This document shows, one piece after another, positions 62,150 to 64,000 of a stretch of 64,000 nucleotides of DNA. Position 1 is the stretch's first letter, and every line of letters starts with the position of its first letter. Below the pieces are notes generated by a model. It was given only the letters and a program-made list of their open reading frames with translations, was not told the origin of the DNA and did no database searches. This DNA comes from Squalus acanthias (Eukaryota): contig CM059438.1 in assembly GCA_030390025.1 (NCBI GenBank), positions 52,578,001 to 52,642,000 on the forward strand, in the 5' to 3' direction. The position numbers were made by a program, and so were the translations under genes.

Positions 62150-64000
62150 GTAAGCTCCTATTTTTCACAGCATTTTCACCTATGCTTTTTACACTTCCCC
62201 ATGTATCCACCTTCTATTAGGAGAATATTGTGTGTAATTGTCCTCATTGATACCCCATGAGGTGCTTGACAGGAGGTGTGCTTGGAATTAGAACAAGGCA
62301 GGTCTTGGCACTGCTCCTCCCTAAAATGAAACACCCACACCATGTGCCATGTCTCGCTGGGTGTCCGACTCAGAATAGACACAGTTTGCCCCAAAAATTC
62401 AAACAAGTTTGAGTGACATAATGGCCTGAATTTTGCTGTAATATTAATGGTGAGGCTCGCCATTATTAGAGGGTAAATCTGACAGCAACTTCTGGCACCC
62501 GCACATGTGCAGTTAAACGTGGAAATCCAGAAGTTGCAGTTAGAGATATCCTGCTCCTCCACCGGGTCCGCTGTTGCAGTCCTCGCCGATAGACTCAGCA
62601 CTGAAATCACTGTAATGGCATGCACTTGCCCACTAGTTCCACACTAAAGACGGCTGAAAAAGTTAGGGCTATTGCATTCATGAATAAATGAGTTTTTAAC
62701 AGCATAATAAGTAATAATTATTGCTGAATAATCTCTCTGGCCCTGAAAAAATAATTTTACAAGTGTGGAGTCTCATTCCCTCAGAAGATAACTAATGTTG
62801 GAGATTTTAAAACAAATTAAAATAATTTTTAGTTTAGTTTTTCTGTCTGTTTCTTTTATCTCTCTCCCTTAATCCCATCTGTATTTCCCAATCGTTATTT
62901 CGCTTTCTGTACATGATTTAAATCTAATTTATATTTCCTGATTTATACTTCCTGGTTTGGACTTGTGGGGCTCGATTTTAATAGCCCTGAGGACTGGATT
63001 GGAGGCGGGTCTGTTGGGAAAATCGGGGAAAATGGCTTCAGACACCCAACCTGCCTCCATCCCGCCCCCACCTGATTTTCCTGAGTGTCTGTTTAGCCAC
63101 TCCCAAACTGACCCGTCTCCAACCGGTGGGACAGGTTGCTAATCCTATTTTCATAGTGGTTTCTCATTTTCATGCTTCTGGCTCCTGTTTCCCGACTAGT
63201 CAGAAACAGGCCAGGTTCAAGGAGACAAGTTGCTGGAGGACATGATTTGTATGCATTGGTGGAGCGCTTTAAAAGCACCCATGAAACAAGGCTGACATTC
63301 AAATGCAACAACTTTGTTGTTGTAGGTATGGGATAACATTTTTCACATCTACTGACCTTCTGACTGTTCAAGCTGACACCCATCTGCAGTGTGTCATGAA
63401 TGGAAATTTCAGGCCACTTCGACTGTGCGCTTGCAAGATTGTTACCTCAACTGAAATCTATAGCAAGGGGATGGGAAACATTTATGCCCTCTCATCCTGG
63501 TCCTCATAATCGGGGGATTAGCAGCTGTGTGGCTCACCACAGATCTTCCTGGGAAGAGGAGTAGGAGGAGGACGAGGGGATCCTTGCATGCCCTGTTGTG
63601 ACCAATGCAGCATCCCTCCAGTTCACTGCTGCCCATCAACCAGGGTATGCACACTGCCATGCCACACTACCATAAGCTTACTCTTCGACCATAGGTGGCC
63701 ACCATATGGCTCTGTAATTGCAGGTGACACTTGTCCAATGTCATACTTCATCTCTGCTATACCCGATTATTTCGTATCACTTTTACCATCAGCATTACAA
63801 ATGCAAGTTGCCCTGAGCCCTCAATGCGCTTTTGCTATTTCCCAGAACACTTAGGCCACACAATCAACTGTTTGACATAATTTATCTTTAACACATGACA
63901 AAATATACCAGCAAGAGTCAGAACAAAAAGAAACATCACCCAAATGAGTCTCCTTGTGACTATAGGTGCTTAATCTTTCTCTTACGCGTGCTTTTACGTG

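Noticed and set aside
62424..63640. Additional MITE/Harbinger remnants (TIR-like ggcctgaatttt, ggggctcgatttt, aaatttcaggcc)
   Set aside because: These are plausible repeats, but TIR pairing, TSDs and boundaries could not be established by eye.

Overview
This is eukaryotic vertebrate genomic DNA, most likely from a cartilaginous fish (inferred from the repeat content: SacSINE1-like Deu-domain SINEs, CR1/L2/RTE LINEs, Penelope remnants). The window lies inside a PKD2L1 (polycystin-2-like 1, TRPP channel) gene on the + strand. Four phase-compatible GT-AG coding exons (28335-28462, 54600-54847, 58684-58908, 61921-62149) encode the TOP domain through the S2/S3 region; flanking exons were not found in the window. 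The introns are dense with nested transposable elements: many CR1 copies (one with esterase ORF1 plus EN/RT), L2, RTE, a single-ORF APE-RT LINE, SINEs, at least six decayed PIF/Harbinger elements (DDE transposase, three with a convergent Myb/SANT gene) and many Harbinger-type MITEs. Most notable: (1) a ~37-copy 32-bp minisatellite apparently amplified from the catalytic-motif coding sequence of a Harbinger transposase; (2) a TSD-flanked Penelope-type fold-back with 190-bp inverted arms, each holding a minimal hammerhead-ribozyme motif; (3) a MITE family whose subterminal palindromes show compensatory changes and which carries repeated GTAAGT donor motifs; (4) a CR1-in-CR1 inverted insertion just upstream of a coding exon. 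Repeat family names and many boundaries are by-eye assignments and approximate.
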